Below are positions 35,183 to 45,076 of a stretch of DNA of 64,000 nucleotides, one piece after another (within the stretch, counting starts at the first letter, position 1; each line of letters opens with the position of its first letter). The translations under genes and the position numbers were made by a program. The notes below the pieces were generated by a model. That model was not told where the DNA came from. It worked only from the letters and a program-made list of their open reading frames with translations, and searched no databases. This DNA is from a virus. The stretch is from positions 32,001-96,000 of IMG/VR virus record IMGVR_UViG_3300025728_000008. The stretch is one strand, 5' to 3'.

Positions 35183-36013
35183 ATGATACAAAGTGGAGTA
35201 ATCGCAATTGATGACGGTGGAAGCAGTACTTGTATTGTAACAAAGCATGTGCAAGAAAAGTTTCCTAGTGTTAAAGGGTTATATGGAGACAGAACATTAG
35301 TGAACACAACTGGTAAGCATGACTTTGTTGTAGAGTATAAAGATAAGAAGTATGTAATGGGAACACTTGCAAAATACGATTGTAAGTATCCATTACAAAT
35401 GCACATCAACACAAAATGTCATATCTTCTTTGACTTATCAGTATTGGTTGCGATTCACAAATATGGATACCCTGTAAACTACCTCATAACTTCTGTACCG
35501 ATTAGTACTCATACAGATGAAGAAAAGACACAACGGATGCATCGACTAGCAGGGGAACACACAATTACAGTTAATGGATATAAAAAGACTTTTACAATAA
35601 TGGATGTAAAGGTTGCACCAGAGACAGCAGTTGCTTATTGGTTAAATGAGCCACATGGCAAAACAAGATTCATTGATTTGGGAAGCAGAACAATTGGATA
35701 CGCTACAACAATCTTTGAAGATGGGATTAACAGATTCATTGATACAGAGAGTGGAACAATTAAAGATAAAGGATTAGAAGCATTAGGTGATGACTATGAC
35801 CAAGAATCATTAGCCGATTATATTTGTGGTAAGTTATCTGCAATATGGAAAGAGAATGATAAAGTATTCATTTTGGGTGGTGGCGCTCATGATGGTCAGT
35901 TAGTTGATAATATTAGAAGATACTTTCCAAAAGCAAGTGTAATGGATGACCCACAAATGGTTAATGCATTATCAATGTATCAGCTTGGTAGATTAGCTTT
36001 TGACATGGAATAG
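35183..36013 (+). CDS. parM: ParM/StbA-like actin segregation ATPase
   Basis: IAIDDGGSST, VAPET, FIDLGSRT, LGGGA, PQMVNA actin-fold motifs. Confidence 0.85.
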   Translation: MIQSGVIAIDDGGSSTCIVTKHVQEKFPSVKGLYGDRTLVNTTGKHDFVVEYKDKKYVMGTLAKYDCKYPLQMHINTKCHIFFDLSVLVAIHKYGYPVNYLITSVPISTHTDEEKTQRMHRLAGEHTITVNGYKKTFTIMDVKVAPETAVAYWLNEPHGKTRFIDLGSRTIGYATTIFEDGINRFIDTESGTIKDKGLEALGDDYDQESLADYICGKLSAIWKENDKVFILGGGAHDGQLVDNIRRYFPKASVMDDPQMVNALSMYQLGRLAFDME

Positions 36014-36024
36014 GAGGGGATAAT

Positions 36025-36309
36025 ATGAGAACAGAAGAACAAGTAGATGCTATGATTGAAGAAATGACTGCAAGAACTAAGGGCAAGTATATTACTCAAG
36101 GTGTTTCATTTAACAAAACTTGCCCTCGCCAGATGGCGTTACTAAAAAAAGCTCTTATGTTATCAGTCTCCTTTAGTGGTTTAGCAAAAGAAGTATTGGC
36201 ATTACGATTTAGTGACTCTACTCCATCATATTCCCATAATACAAGTAATATGTCCACAAATCAAATCAATAAAGCACCCCAATCAAAAAGTGTTGGAAAT
36301 TTCTTATAA
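36025..36309 (+). CDS. Putative ParR-like DNA-binding adaptor
   Basis: Small gene directly after parM, VSFN strand plus helices, disordered C-terminus. Confidence 0.55.
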   Translation: MRTEEQVDAMIEEMTARTKGKYITQGVSFNKTCPRQMALLKKALMLSVSFSGLAKEVLALRFSDSTPSYSHNTSNMSTNQINKAPQSKSVGNFL

Positions 36310-36622
36310 TTTAAAGGAACTTTTAAAGAGTGTAGGCATATATATGATATTAAGAGAAATGTTTAAAAGAAATTTAAAAAATACGAAAAAACAGCAAAAA
36401 AGTAGTAAAAAACGTGAAAAAATCATAAAAAACTACAGTTTTTGTCCAAAAAGTATGATTTTTTTAAAATTTGAAGTACTAAATGAGTGTCTTAATTGTA
36501 ATTTAGTACTTTTTGGACGAAAATGACACCAGTATTATCAAGGGGTTTGGGATTTCGTCAAAATACCTACTTTATATATTAAACGAATTATCCCGAAACC
36601 GAAACCATGCGGAGGTGGATTT

Positions 36623-37087
36623 ATGAAGTTTAAATTAGTTGAAGGTCAAATGAGTTGGGTTAAAGAGGATGCAGTATCACAAATGAATGAACTATTACCA
36701 CTAACTTCTACATCATTAGTTGTAGATATCCCTCAGATTAAGGAATCAATCCACAGATATGTAAGAGAAGGTCTTGGAGATGGAAGGTTTGCAACTGTAG
36801 CCATAGGTGGAACTGGTGTTTTCTGGAAAGCATTTCTTATGTACATTTTCCCGTGGTTTTGCGATATAGCAAAAGTATTTTGCTTAATCAAAATAGCTCA
36901 AGCATTCTATGAAGAAAAGAGAGCAGGTAAAGATGGGTCAAGTGGAATGGGTGCAATCTTCACATATGGAAAATTCTACATCATGTTTTTAATGCTTCCT
37001 TGGTTTGTTGAACTAATTGACCAAATTGGAGGAACTATGTATGACCAAGTAAAAGCTAATCCAACTTTAACATTACCAAAAAGATAA
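36623..37087 (+). CDS. Membrane protein, VirB2/TrbC pilin-like (tentative)
   Basis: Two C-terminal hydrophobic helices joined by a short polar loop; operon context. Confidence 0.45.
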   Translation: MKFKLVEGQMSWVKEDAVSQMNELLPLTSTSLVVDIPQIKESIHRYVREGLGDGRFATVAIGGTGVFWKAFLMYIFPWFCDIAKVFCLIKIAQAFYEEKRAGKDGSSGMGAIFTYGKFYIMFLMLPWFVELIDQIGGTMYDQVKANPTLTLPKR

Positions 37088-37099
37088 AGGAGTGATGTC

Positions 37100-37825
37100 A
37101 TGAGAGTAAAATTAAATGGTAATGACTTCTTCCAAGTATCTAGTCCGTTTGGCTCTATAGATTCCGTCCATAAAACTCCACATTCTGGAATAGACTTGGT
37201 TATGGAAGAAGGTACAAAATTATACAGCCCTGTCGATGGTATTGTCGAAAGGGTTGTAGATTATGGAAATCAAAATATTGGTAAAGGAGTCATAATAAAA
37301 ACTAATACAGGAGAAACTATAATTATGGGGCATATGTCTGATACTTCAACAGCAGAAGTAGGAGAAGAGTTGAGTCGAGGTGAATTTGTAGGCTTATCTG
37401 GAAATACGGGACATAGTACTGGAGCACACCTTCATTTAGGAATGAAAGATGCAAATGGAAATGTCATAAATCCAGAAGGACTTCTGAATGATAATTATAA
37501 GAAGCTTCTCAGTAGCACTGAATCCCTTAACCCAATAGAAGATAAAGGTATGCTCCAATTTTTAAACGATTGGAGGAAAGAAGGATTCTTTAAAGCTGTA
37601 TATGGTAAAGATTTCTTCGAGGTAATGAAGGATGCATTTATAGAATTTTTTAGAGACTTGACTCAGTTTGTAGTAGACAATGCAGATTTATTTTTCTTAA
37701 TCCCTGCAATAATTTTAATGTTTGGAACATTCTTAATAGGGAGAAATAAATATTCAAAATTCATAGTCCCGTTATGGTTTGGGTACTTTGTTTCAAGTAT
37801 TGTGCATAACTTATATATGAAATGA
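37100..37825 (+). CDS. M23 family peptidoglycan endopeptidase with C-terminal TM helices
   Basis: HSGIDL, GHMS, GNTGHSTGAHLH. Confidence 0.9.
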   Translation: MRVKLNGNDFFQVSSPFGSIDSVHKTPHSGIDLVMEEGTKLYSPVDGIVERVVDYGNQNIGKGVIIKTNTGETIIMGHMSDTSTAEVGEELSRGEFVGLSGNTGHSTGAHLHLGMKDANGNVINPEGLLNDNYKKLLSSTESLNPIEDKGMLQFLNDWRKEGFFKAVYGKDFFEVMKDAFIEFFRDLTQFVVDNADLFFLIPAIILMFGTFLIGRNKYSKFIVPLWFGYFVSSIVHNLYMK

Positions 37826-37853
37826 TAAAAAAAAACAAAGGGAGAGATGTTAT

Positions 37854-38006
37854 ATGGAATATATTTTATTAGCAAAAGTTGGTTTCTTTGTAAAGGCTAT
37901 CGTGAACACGGGGTATGTAATTGCAACTAGCTACTTGGCAAAAACTGGATGGCAATATGTAGAGGACTATAAAACTTCTGTTGAGAATGAGAAAGAGGTG
38001 AAGTAA
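37854..38006 (+). CDS. Small hydrophobic protein (50 aa), absent from the ORF track
   Basis: RBS AGGGAG, open frame MEYILLAKVG..., stop abuts next ATG. Confidence 0.6.
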   Translation: MEYILLAKVGFFVKAIVNTGYVIATSYLAKTGWQYVEDYKTSVENEKEVK

Positions 38007-40802
38007 ATGATTGAATATCCACCTATGGTTATACCTCAAAAGAAAAAGAAAACTTTTAACATTAAAGAATTTGTCAATTTATATAGAGAACCTGTTATCA
38101 CTTATCAAATAACACCAAACAATGCACCAGAAGTTATAGAAAGAGAAGGTCGTGGAAGTAGAAGAAGCACTCCTAGATTCATGGACTTTGAAGAAGATAT
38201 CTTTAACAACAAACAACAATCTGATTTACTCTTAAATACAATCAGTGGTTTATTCTCGAAATTCTATGCACCAGAAAGAATACGATTTTCAAAGAATGGT
38301 ATTAAAGTTAAAATGAATGACATTGTAAGTTACAAGGTTATGCTAGTAGATGGAGCAATGAAATTTTATCTGACTGTCCCTAAGAAGTGGGCTAAAAGCT
38401 TCACTGGAGCTATTAAGAGAGATTGGGGTCAAGTGGATATTACAGAGGTTTCTGAAAGAATCGTAGACTTTAATCCGTCAAGGACTAAAGCAATGGATGT
38501 GCATTTAAGACACCATTATGCATTAGCCTTGAAACATGACAAGACACAAAACGATTCTTTCTATTCTTCATTAGCTTCAATTGCTTCAACAATGGATAAA
38601 GGTGAGAAAGTTTTAATTGACTATAACATCGAACCAGTCAACAACAGTTGGAAAGAAAAGGCTGTAAATAAAATTAAAGAATTTAAGAAAGGTAAAGTCC
38701 CAAACAGAGAAGATTCTTTTACAGCAAATGGAATGGCAGGGAAAGTATTCGATATGTTTAATGTCATATTTGATGAATTTATAGACATGATAGAAACGCT
38801 TATGGGAGCAGATAGTAAAAAGGATGACAAAGCTGAACCTTTATTTGACCTAAAATATACTGACCCGAAATTACATGCAAACGCAAAAGGATGTAAAATA
38901 CAGATTAGGGTGTTGGGTGAAGGACAAGAAGAAAAGAAAATGAAGCATATCTTTAAAAATATTGAGACATCTTTTACTCTTCTGAATGGAGATAATAAAT
39001 TTGTTGTGAGTCATATAAAAACAAAGCGTGGCATAAAATCAATTATAAAGGCAGTTGAAGAAGATAAGCCACAATTAGCAAAAACAACTGACATATACTT
39101 TGAGAAGGAGATGAATAATATTTTGAAAATTCCAAGTAAACAAACACTTAAAGAGTTTGATAAGGTCATCACACAGGACAATTTCACTCGAACAGAAATA
39201 AGTGCAGACTTCTTTTCAGATAAAGATGGTGCTATTCCATTAGGATTCACTTTGGAGAAAGAGTCTAGAAAAATTTACTTTGGAGGATACAAAAGAGATT
39301 GGTGGACACCTAAAGGGAGATATGTAAAAGATAAGACACGCTTAGATGACCGTAGCACTGCCACCATGCTCTTTGGCTCTATGGGGAGTGGTAAGACTAC
39401 CATGAGTGAAACACAAGCTCTATACACCTTTGGAGCGCATTTAAAGGATAGGGTAGAATGGAAGAAGCAAAGTAAGTCTGTTGTAGTATTTGATGTAGCA
39501 GATGGAGCAATGATAAATAACATTTATAACCATATTCCAGACTGGTTAAGAGACAGGGTTGTAGTTTTGAATCATAGTAACTTTAAAACACCTATTGCAG
39601 TAAACAATGCAGACCTTCAAGAATACAATGAAGATATAATGCAAGATGAGGATTATGCTTACACATTAGCAGAGATGGAAGCCAAGTTAGTTTTAGAGAT
39701 TTTAAAGTCAGATAAGACGATGGCAATGGACAGATGGTTTACTTCTGCACTGCAAGCAGTACACACTGTTGATAAGGATTATGGATATATTGAAGCCATG
39801 AGAACATTAATTGATGATGATTTTAGAGCTACAGAAATAATTCCTTTCCTATCTGACAGACGTTTGAAATTGGAAATGCAAACATATAACAATATGGCTT
39901 TGGCAGGTGAGACACTTAAAATAATTCAAACTATTGAAAATAGATTTTCGCAGTTGGAACGTGACCAAAAATTATGGGACTGCATCGCACAAAAGCCTTT
40001 ACGAGATGAAGAAGGTAAAGTAAAGTTAAATTTCCGTAGAATGATGGATGGAGATGAAGATGGAGCATATATGATTCTCGTATACATTCCAAAATCTGGA
40101 GTATCACAATTATACAGAAAATTCTTATTTGCACATTACTTTACAAAAATATGGAACGTTGCATTGTCAAGAGAAGTTGGGTTTGCAGGTCGAGAATACA
40201 GACCAGAAACATTAGTTGTCATAGATGAAATACACCAGATAATAGACATACCATTGATTGGACGATTATTTATAGACTTGTTTAAAGAACCACGTAAATA
40301 CTCTCTACGACTTTGGTTAACATTACATGGATGGTCATCATTAGCAAAAGCAGGTCGAGGAATTGAAGGTGACATTAAACAATCTATTATGGATAATGGA
40401 TGTAACCTTGTAATGTTAAAAGGTGGTGGAGAAGCATTTGAAAGTCTAAGAGACTTCTTGAATCCAATGACAATTGCAGACTTTAACAATCTGATGAATA
40501 TGAAATTCTGTGGCATATTTGCAATCCGTTGGAAAGACAAGAACCATGTATTTCAAGCCAAGTTAGGATTACCATTAGGAATGAATCCAGACTTCCAGAG
40601 ATATAGTGAAGTTGATTCTAATTTCTTAACAGCTTATAAGTCTGAATTTGGTCGAGACAAAGATGAAGTACGTGAAGACAATCTGGATAGAAGTTATCAG
40701 ATGATTGAACAGTCGATTCAAAGTGGTTTCTTGGAAGGAGATGATTCAGAGTGGCAAAGTCTAGAAGGACTTGGTATGGCAGAGAAGAAATCCAAAAAGT
40801 GA
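38007..40802 (+). CDS. VirB4/VirD4/HerA-like conjugation-type ATPase
   Basis: Walker A GSMGSGKT, VVVFD, Walker B VVIDEIHQ, EPRKY motif. Confidence 0.75.
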   Translation: MIEYPPMVIPQKKKKTFNIKEFVNLYREPVITYQITPNNAPEVIEREGRGSRRSTPRFMDFEEDIFNNKQQSDLLLNTISGLFSKFYAPERIRFSKNGIKVKMNDIVSYKVMLVDGAMKFYLTVPKKWAKSFTGAIKRDWGQVDITEVSERIVDFNPSRTKAMDVHLRHHYALALKHDKTQNDSFYSSLASIASTMDKGEKVLIDYNIEPVNNSWKEKAVNKIKEFKKGKVPNREDSFTANGMAGKVFDMFNVIFDEFIDMIETLMGADSKKDDKAEPLFDLKYTDPKLHANAKGCKIQIRVLGEGQEEKKMKHIFKNIETSFTLLNGDNKFVVSHIKTKRGIKSIIKAVEEDKPQLAKTTDIYFEKEMNNILKIPSKQTLKEFDKVITQDNFTRTEISADFFSDKDGAIPLGFTLEKESRKIYFGGYKRDWWTPKGRYVKDKTRLDDRSTATMLFGSMGSGKTTMSETQALYTFGAHLKDRVEWKKQSKSVVVFDVADGAMINNIYNHIPDWLRDRVVVLNHSNFKTPIAVNNADLQEYNEDIMQDEDYAYTLAEMEAKLVLEILKSDKTMAMDRWFTSALQAVHTVDKDYGYIEAMRTLIDDDFRATEIIPFLSDRRLKLEMQTYNNMALAGETLKIIQTIENRFSQLERDQKLWDCIAQKPLRDEEGKVKLNFRRMMDGDEDGAYMILVYIPKSGVSQLYRKFLFAHYFTKIWNVALSREVGFAGREYRPETLVVIDEIHQIIDIPLIGRLFIDLFKEPRKYSLRLWLTLHGWSSLAKAGRGIEGDIKQSIMDNGCNLVMLKGGGEAFESLRDFLNPMTIADFNNLMNMKFCGIFAIRWKDKNHVFQAKLGLPLGMNPDFQRYSEVDSNFLTAYKSEFGRDKDEVREDNLDRSYQMIEQSIQSGFLEGDDSEWQSLEGLGMAEKKSKK

Positions 40803-41617
40803 CCTATGACTTTATTCAGTCAAATGTTAAACCAACAATCAAAGATTTGGAGTTGTTGAAGATTGTGAGTGAACGAAAATTGGTTAACAGGTCACATTTG
40901 GAAATCATTACACCTTCATTTAGACACTTAACTAACAACAGAACAAGGCTCATTAATCGAACTATTAGGAAGTTATTTGATTCAATGTGTTTAGATAAGG
41001 TGCATGAGAAACAAGAATTAGGAAAAGGGAATGCCCCTGCTATCCTCGCTCTAGACAGGGGTGGCTCAATCCTTCTTGATATTCCTCATAGACGTAGGAT
41101 ACCACAGCAAAAGATGCTTGTCAATGGGAAGATTGAAATAAGAAGACATGTACCTTCAACATATCGTCATGCTAATGGAGTTAACCAAGTTGAAGTTGAT
41201 ACAATATTGTTTTGTCAAGAAAATGGCTATGAATTTGAATTGTGGGAGCATGAGAAACATGCTTCCTTCACATACAACAATGAGGACATACTAGTTATTC
41301 CAGATGTTTTCTATAGATTGAAAATAAATGAAAAGTCTATAGATTTCTTTTTGGAATTTGACACTGGAACAGAAGACAGATTGAGCAAGAGGAAATTACC
41401 TGTAATTTATAATAAAATCATCAACTATAAAAAATATAAAAGGTCTGGCTTGTGGACTTCACATTCAGAAACTTTCCCAATTATATTATTAGTAACAGAA
41501 GATTCTAAACGTATTCCATATTTTAATGCAAAATGCAAAGAAAATGGGATACAAGGGTTTGGAGTTTATCATGAGAATTATACTAAGTTTATGGAGCATC
41601 TTGCCAAAATGGTTTAG
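40751..41617 (+). CDS. Replication-relaxation (Replic_Relax-like) protein
   Basis: N-terminal wHTH-like region, H....N, IPDVF, FLEFDTGTE motifs; overlaps ATPase gene. Confidence 0.75.
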   Translation: MAKSRRTWYGREEIQKVTYDFIQSNVKPTIKDLELLKIVSERKLVNRSHLEIITPSFRHLTNNRTRLINRTIRKLFDSMCLDKVHEKQELGKGNAPAILALDRGGSILLDIPHRRRIPQQKMLVNGKIEIRRHVPSTYRHANGVNQVEVDTILFCQENGYEFELWEHEKHASFTYNNEDILVIPDVFYRLKINEKSIDFFLEFDTGTEDRLSKRKLPVIYNKIINYKKYKRSGLWTSHSETFPIILLVTEDSKRIPYFNAKCKENGIQGFGVYHENYTKFMEHLAKMV

Positions 41618-41830
41618 ATGCTCTTATTTTGCGTTCTAAGGCTTTTGAATACAAATACTCCAGAATGAATTTTAGAACGCTCTATGAAGCCGAGAGACAG
41701 GTTTAAATTAATTCTAAGATACTCACAGGGACAAAGATTAAAAATAATAATATATTTTGTTGACAAATTCGTCTAAGTATAATATAATATGATTATAGGG
41801 TCACTTAATAAAAATTCGGAGGTCGATATT

Positions 41831-42847
41831 ATGGCAAAATTAGGAAACGTATTTCATTTGAATAGCAGAGAAGAAAATAGAAACCCATATGCAAGTATTC
41901 TTACGTTCTTGAATCGTAAAGGTCAAGACAGTAAAAATACAAAGGATACTTACCAAAGACATATTCAAGATTTCTTTCATTCGATGAGAGGGAAGGAATT
42001 GTCTCAATTACTGGAAGATGACTTAGTATTTACAAAGACACAAACAAAGACATACCAAGTAGCTTTAAAAGAACAATATAAGGGAAGTACAGTTAACAAT
42101 GTTATAAGTGCATTAAAAGAGTGCTATAACCAATTAGAAGATGATGGATTCAATGTAAGTGCATCGTGGTTTAATTTAGAAAGATATGATGAGCATGATT
42201 CAGAAAGTTGGGATGCTTTCACACATCCAGAAGTTATTCAAATTATTAATTTAGTTTCAAGCACAAGAGCAGGTCGTCAAAAGTCATTACTTGTAAGATT
42301 AGCATATGCTACAGCATTTCGTAAAAAGTCATTGTTAGATTTAAAATTCTCTGACATTGTTGAAATTAGTGGAATCTGGTACATCAAAACTTTAGGTAAA
42401 GGTAATAAATGGTCGCACAAAAAATTGTCTGATGACCTATACAATGAGCTTATGAGTTTCAAAGAAGAAGCTAAACGAGACAAAATTTTTACTCTTACAG
42501 TAAAAACAGTAAACAAGATGATGGACTATATCCGTGATAACATTGATTTTGGTGACAGACGAATTGTATTTCATAGCTTCAAAAAAGCAAGTATTGAAGA
42601 AGTAAATGTAATTACAGGTGGAGATTTACGTGCAATGCAAGCGCATGGAGACCATAGCAATCCTGCAACAACAATTGATAATTACCTTGCTAAGAAGAAG
42701 TTAGAAGACCTAGTGGAAGTAGATGTGAATAGTAAAGTGCCAGTTGAAGAATTTGAAAAGCTAACAAGAGATGATTTGCTTGAATTATTAGCAAATGCAG
42801 ACAGAAACATTCAAATACAGTTATTGAGAAAGATGGGTAAAATGTAA
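41831..42847 (+). CDS. Tyrosine recombinase/integrase
   Basis: TAFRK, GKGNK, FHSFKK, GDHS, TTIDNY catalytic set; RBS GGAGGT; sigmaA promoter TTGACA at 41761. Confidence 0.85.
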   Translation: MAKLGNVFHLNSREENRNPYASILTFLNRKGQDSKNTKDTYQRHIQDFFHSMRGKELSQLLEDDLVFTKTQTKTYQVALKEQYKGSTVNNVISALKECYNQLEDDGFNVSASWFNLERYDEHDSESWDAFTHPEVIQIINLVSSTRAGRQKSLLVRLAYATAFRKKSLLDLKFSDIVEISGIWYIKTLGKGNKWSHKKLSDDLYNELMSFKEEAKRDKIFTLTVKTVNKMMDYIRDNIDFGDRRIVFHSFKKASIEEVNVITGGDLRAMQAHGDHSNPATTIDNYLAKKKLEDLVEVDVNSKVPVEEFEKLTRDDLLELLANADRNIQIQLLRKMGKM

Positions 42848-42861
42848 CCCATCTTTTTTTT
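42829..42861 (+). terminator. Rho-independent terminator
   Basis: aagatgggt/acccatctt stem plus T run. Confidence 0.8.
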
Positions 42862-43051
42862 ATTTATAGGCATCTTTCTTAGTACCCTGCATATACTGTA
42901 TCAAGGAGGTCGATAATATGAGAGATAACGAGATTCTGATTTACAAAGTGAATATGAGAAGTGAAGGGTTTAGGGTGACTAAAGTTAAAGACAGTCCACC
43001 AGAAGCTAAATTGTTAAAAGAAATTTTAAAAAAAGATTTAAAAAAGTGGTA

Positions 43052-43084
43052 ACACATTAGGTAAACGCACATATAATACAGTAT
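43052..43084 (+). promoter_or_regulatory. sigmaK-like promoter
   Basis: AC-N16-CATAtaaT. Confidence 0.55.
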
Positions 43085-43124
43085 AAAGGAAAACAAAACA
43101 ACAACCAAAAGGAGAGGGTTTTAA

Positions 43125-43355
43125 ATGACAACAATGACAATTTCTAAAGGTGTATCTTTCAACGAGTTAAAAGGTATCGTGGAGAATATGAATTTAAGAA
43201 ATTTAAATCACATCTTCCCAAGCAAAATCTCAAACGCAAAGTTGAGACACGAAGGAATTATCGAATTAATCGTTGATGAGGAAGGAACAGTATTTGCGGT
43301 AGTTGAAGGTAGTAACGAACCAATCATGTTTCCGCAACTTGCAACAGTTTGTTAA
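43125..43355 (+). CDS. Small hypothetical protein
   Basis: Strong RBS, own promoter, terminator caccc-gaaaa-gggtg after stop. Confidence 0.75.
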   Translation: MTTMTISKGVSFNELKGIVENMNLRNLNHIFPSKISNAKLRHEGIIELIVDEEGTVFAVVEGSNEPIMFPQLATVC

Positions 43356-43410
43356 AGCACCCCGAAAAGGGTGTTTCTTTTTTGTTTGTTAATTTCCATA
43401 TTTTTACACA

Positions 43411-43579
43411 TTTTAGCAGGTAGCTTACATCGCCTAATACTATATTATTAATTTATATATAATATATATTAATAGTGTATATATAATAAATAATAATATA
43501 ATTAATAATATATATATTATATATTAAATAAATAAATATAAATAATATAGTATTAGGCGATTTGAGCTACCTGCTAAAA
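43411..43579. repeat. 39-bp inverted repeat enclosing a 91-bp almost pure A/T core, candidate replication origin
   Basis: 43411-43449 vs 43541-43579, 2 mismatches. Confidence 0.85.
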
Positions 43580-43598
43580 ATACATCAAAAAAGAGTGC

Positions 43599-44432
43599 TC
43601 ATTGAACACTCTTGAATCTGTAAATATTCGGTTCTCCACCTTCATCAAGATTGACTCTCCACTTTCTTCTTTGCACTGATAACCATTTATGTTTCTCTAA
43701 ATTTCGTACATGTTTCTGAAATGTATCTTTTGCGATTCCTGTTTCTGCAATAAGAATAGACTGACTTAAACCACGGGCATTTCCTTGTAATCCTAAACAT
43801 TTGTATTTGAAGAATGCATATAAATATAAATCAACATTGTCAAGGTCTTCTTCATAAATGAATTTCATATATTCCTTTAACGTAATTTTATGTGTGTTAT
43901 TGTAATTGTATAATGTTCCTACATCACCTTCATTCTCGAAAAAGAAGTTAGGTATTTTTACTGTATAGTTTCTGTTCTTGACAATATCTTTGTACCTGCT
44001 ATAATTAATGTCATCAACGTCTAACATGTTGATTGTGATAAACTCTCTGATGGGGTACTCATTAATCTCTTCCTCGGTATACTCGAAAGTTACAGGATAT
44101 TCTTTAGTTGTAGTCGTGAGTCCTAAATTGTCGAGTATACCCTCTTTTTTTATAACCTTGTCAATTGTCTTAGTCGTGGCATCATATCCTAGTATTTGTT
44201 TAATGTCTTTGTTTTGAATATATGTATCGGTTTCTAAATCAACATAATGTGTATATTTGTAAAGGAAAGCTATTGTAACAATATAAGCATAAGCAAATGA
44301 AACCTGCTTCACATTACTTCTCCCTTGTTTGTCTACGATTTGTGATAATGTTTTAAAAATATGATTTGGTATTTGAACAGAAGCATCGCCATATAACTTC
44401 TGAATATTGTTAAAGTTTTCAATCATGTACAT
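43599..44432 (-). CDS. Putative replication initiator / winged-helix DNA-binding protein
   Basis: Two HTH-like segments, C-terminal SQSILIAETGIAKDTFQKHVRNLEKHKWL...PNIY; adjacent to IR-AT element. Confidence 0.55.
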   Translation of the reverse strand: MYMIENFNNIQKLYGDASVQIPNHIFKTLSQIVDKQGRSNVKQVSFAYAYIVTIAFLYKYTHYVDLETDTYIQNKDIKQILGYDATTKTIDKVIKKEGILDNLGLTTTTKEYPVTFEYTEEEINEYPIREFITINMLDVDDINYSRYKDIVKNRNYTVKIPNFFFENEGDVGTLYNYNNTHKITLKEYMKFIYEEDLDNVDLYLYAFFKYKCLGLQGNARGLSQSILIAETGIAKDTFQKHVRNLEKHKWLSVQRRKWRVNLDEGGEPNIYRFKSVQ

Positions 44433-44629
44433 AGAATCCTCTCCTTTTAGCCTATTTAAACTACCTCCTAAAACGGATTATAACATAAGACAATCTCAAA
44501 GTCAAGTAAATATATTGTAAATTTTCTAACTTTATGTACCAGATTTCTTTGACAAAAGCAAAATATAATGGTATAATAATATTATAAGGTAATACGTTAC
44601 CTTGCATAGACGACAGGTGGTGAAATTGA

Positions 44630-45076
44630 TTGGGGTCTGTAAGTATTGACATTAAGAAAAAGGAAAGAGAATATCAACACGTAAATCTTTCAGATGATGA
44701 CACAATAAAGTATTTAATATCGTATCGAAGTAAATTGGATAAAGCATATGGTGCATATTCAAATATTGAAATAAATCAAGCAGGAGATAATTTCGATTTC
44801 AATCAAGAAATAATAGTCTTGTATGCATCACTCGATAAACTTGTAGAACAAACAGTATTAACAAAGAAACAAAGAAAATTATTACATATGCTATATGAAG
44901 GACATACCATTCCAGACATAGTTGAATTGACGGAATCAGATAGCTCGGCAACTTATCAAATGTTAGACCGATTGGCAGGAAAGATAGCGGATACAAACAA
45001 TGACCTTTGGCACTATATGATGGGACACAAAGGAAAATTATTAAACAAGAAAGAGGGTTGTTTAGATGAAAATTAG
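44630..45076 (+). CDS. Sigma region-4/LuxR-like HTH protein
   Basis: LTKKQRKLLHMLYEGHTIPDIVE pattern. Confidence 0.6.
   Translation: MGSVSIDIKKKEREYQHVNLSDDDTIKYLISYRSKLDKAYGAYSNIEINQAGDNFDFNQEIIVLYASLDKLVEQTVLTKKQRKLLHMLYEGHTIPDIVELTESDSSATYQMLDRLAGKIADTNNDLWHYMMGHKGKLLNKKEGCLDEN

Noticed and set aside
41620-43120. attP or dif site near the recombinase
   Set aside because: No convincing match to Bacillus dif or to the tRNA 3' ends found by eye
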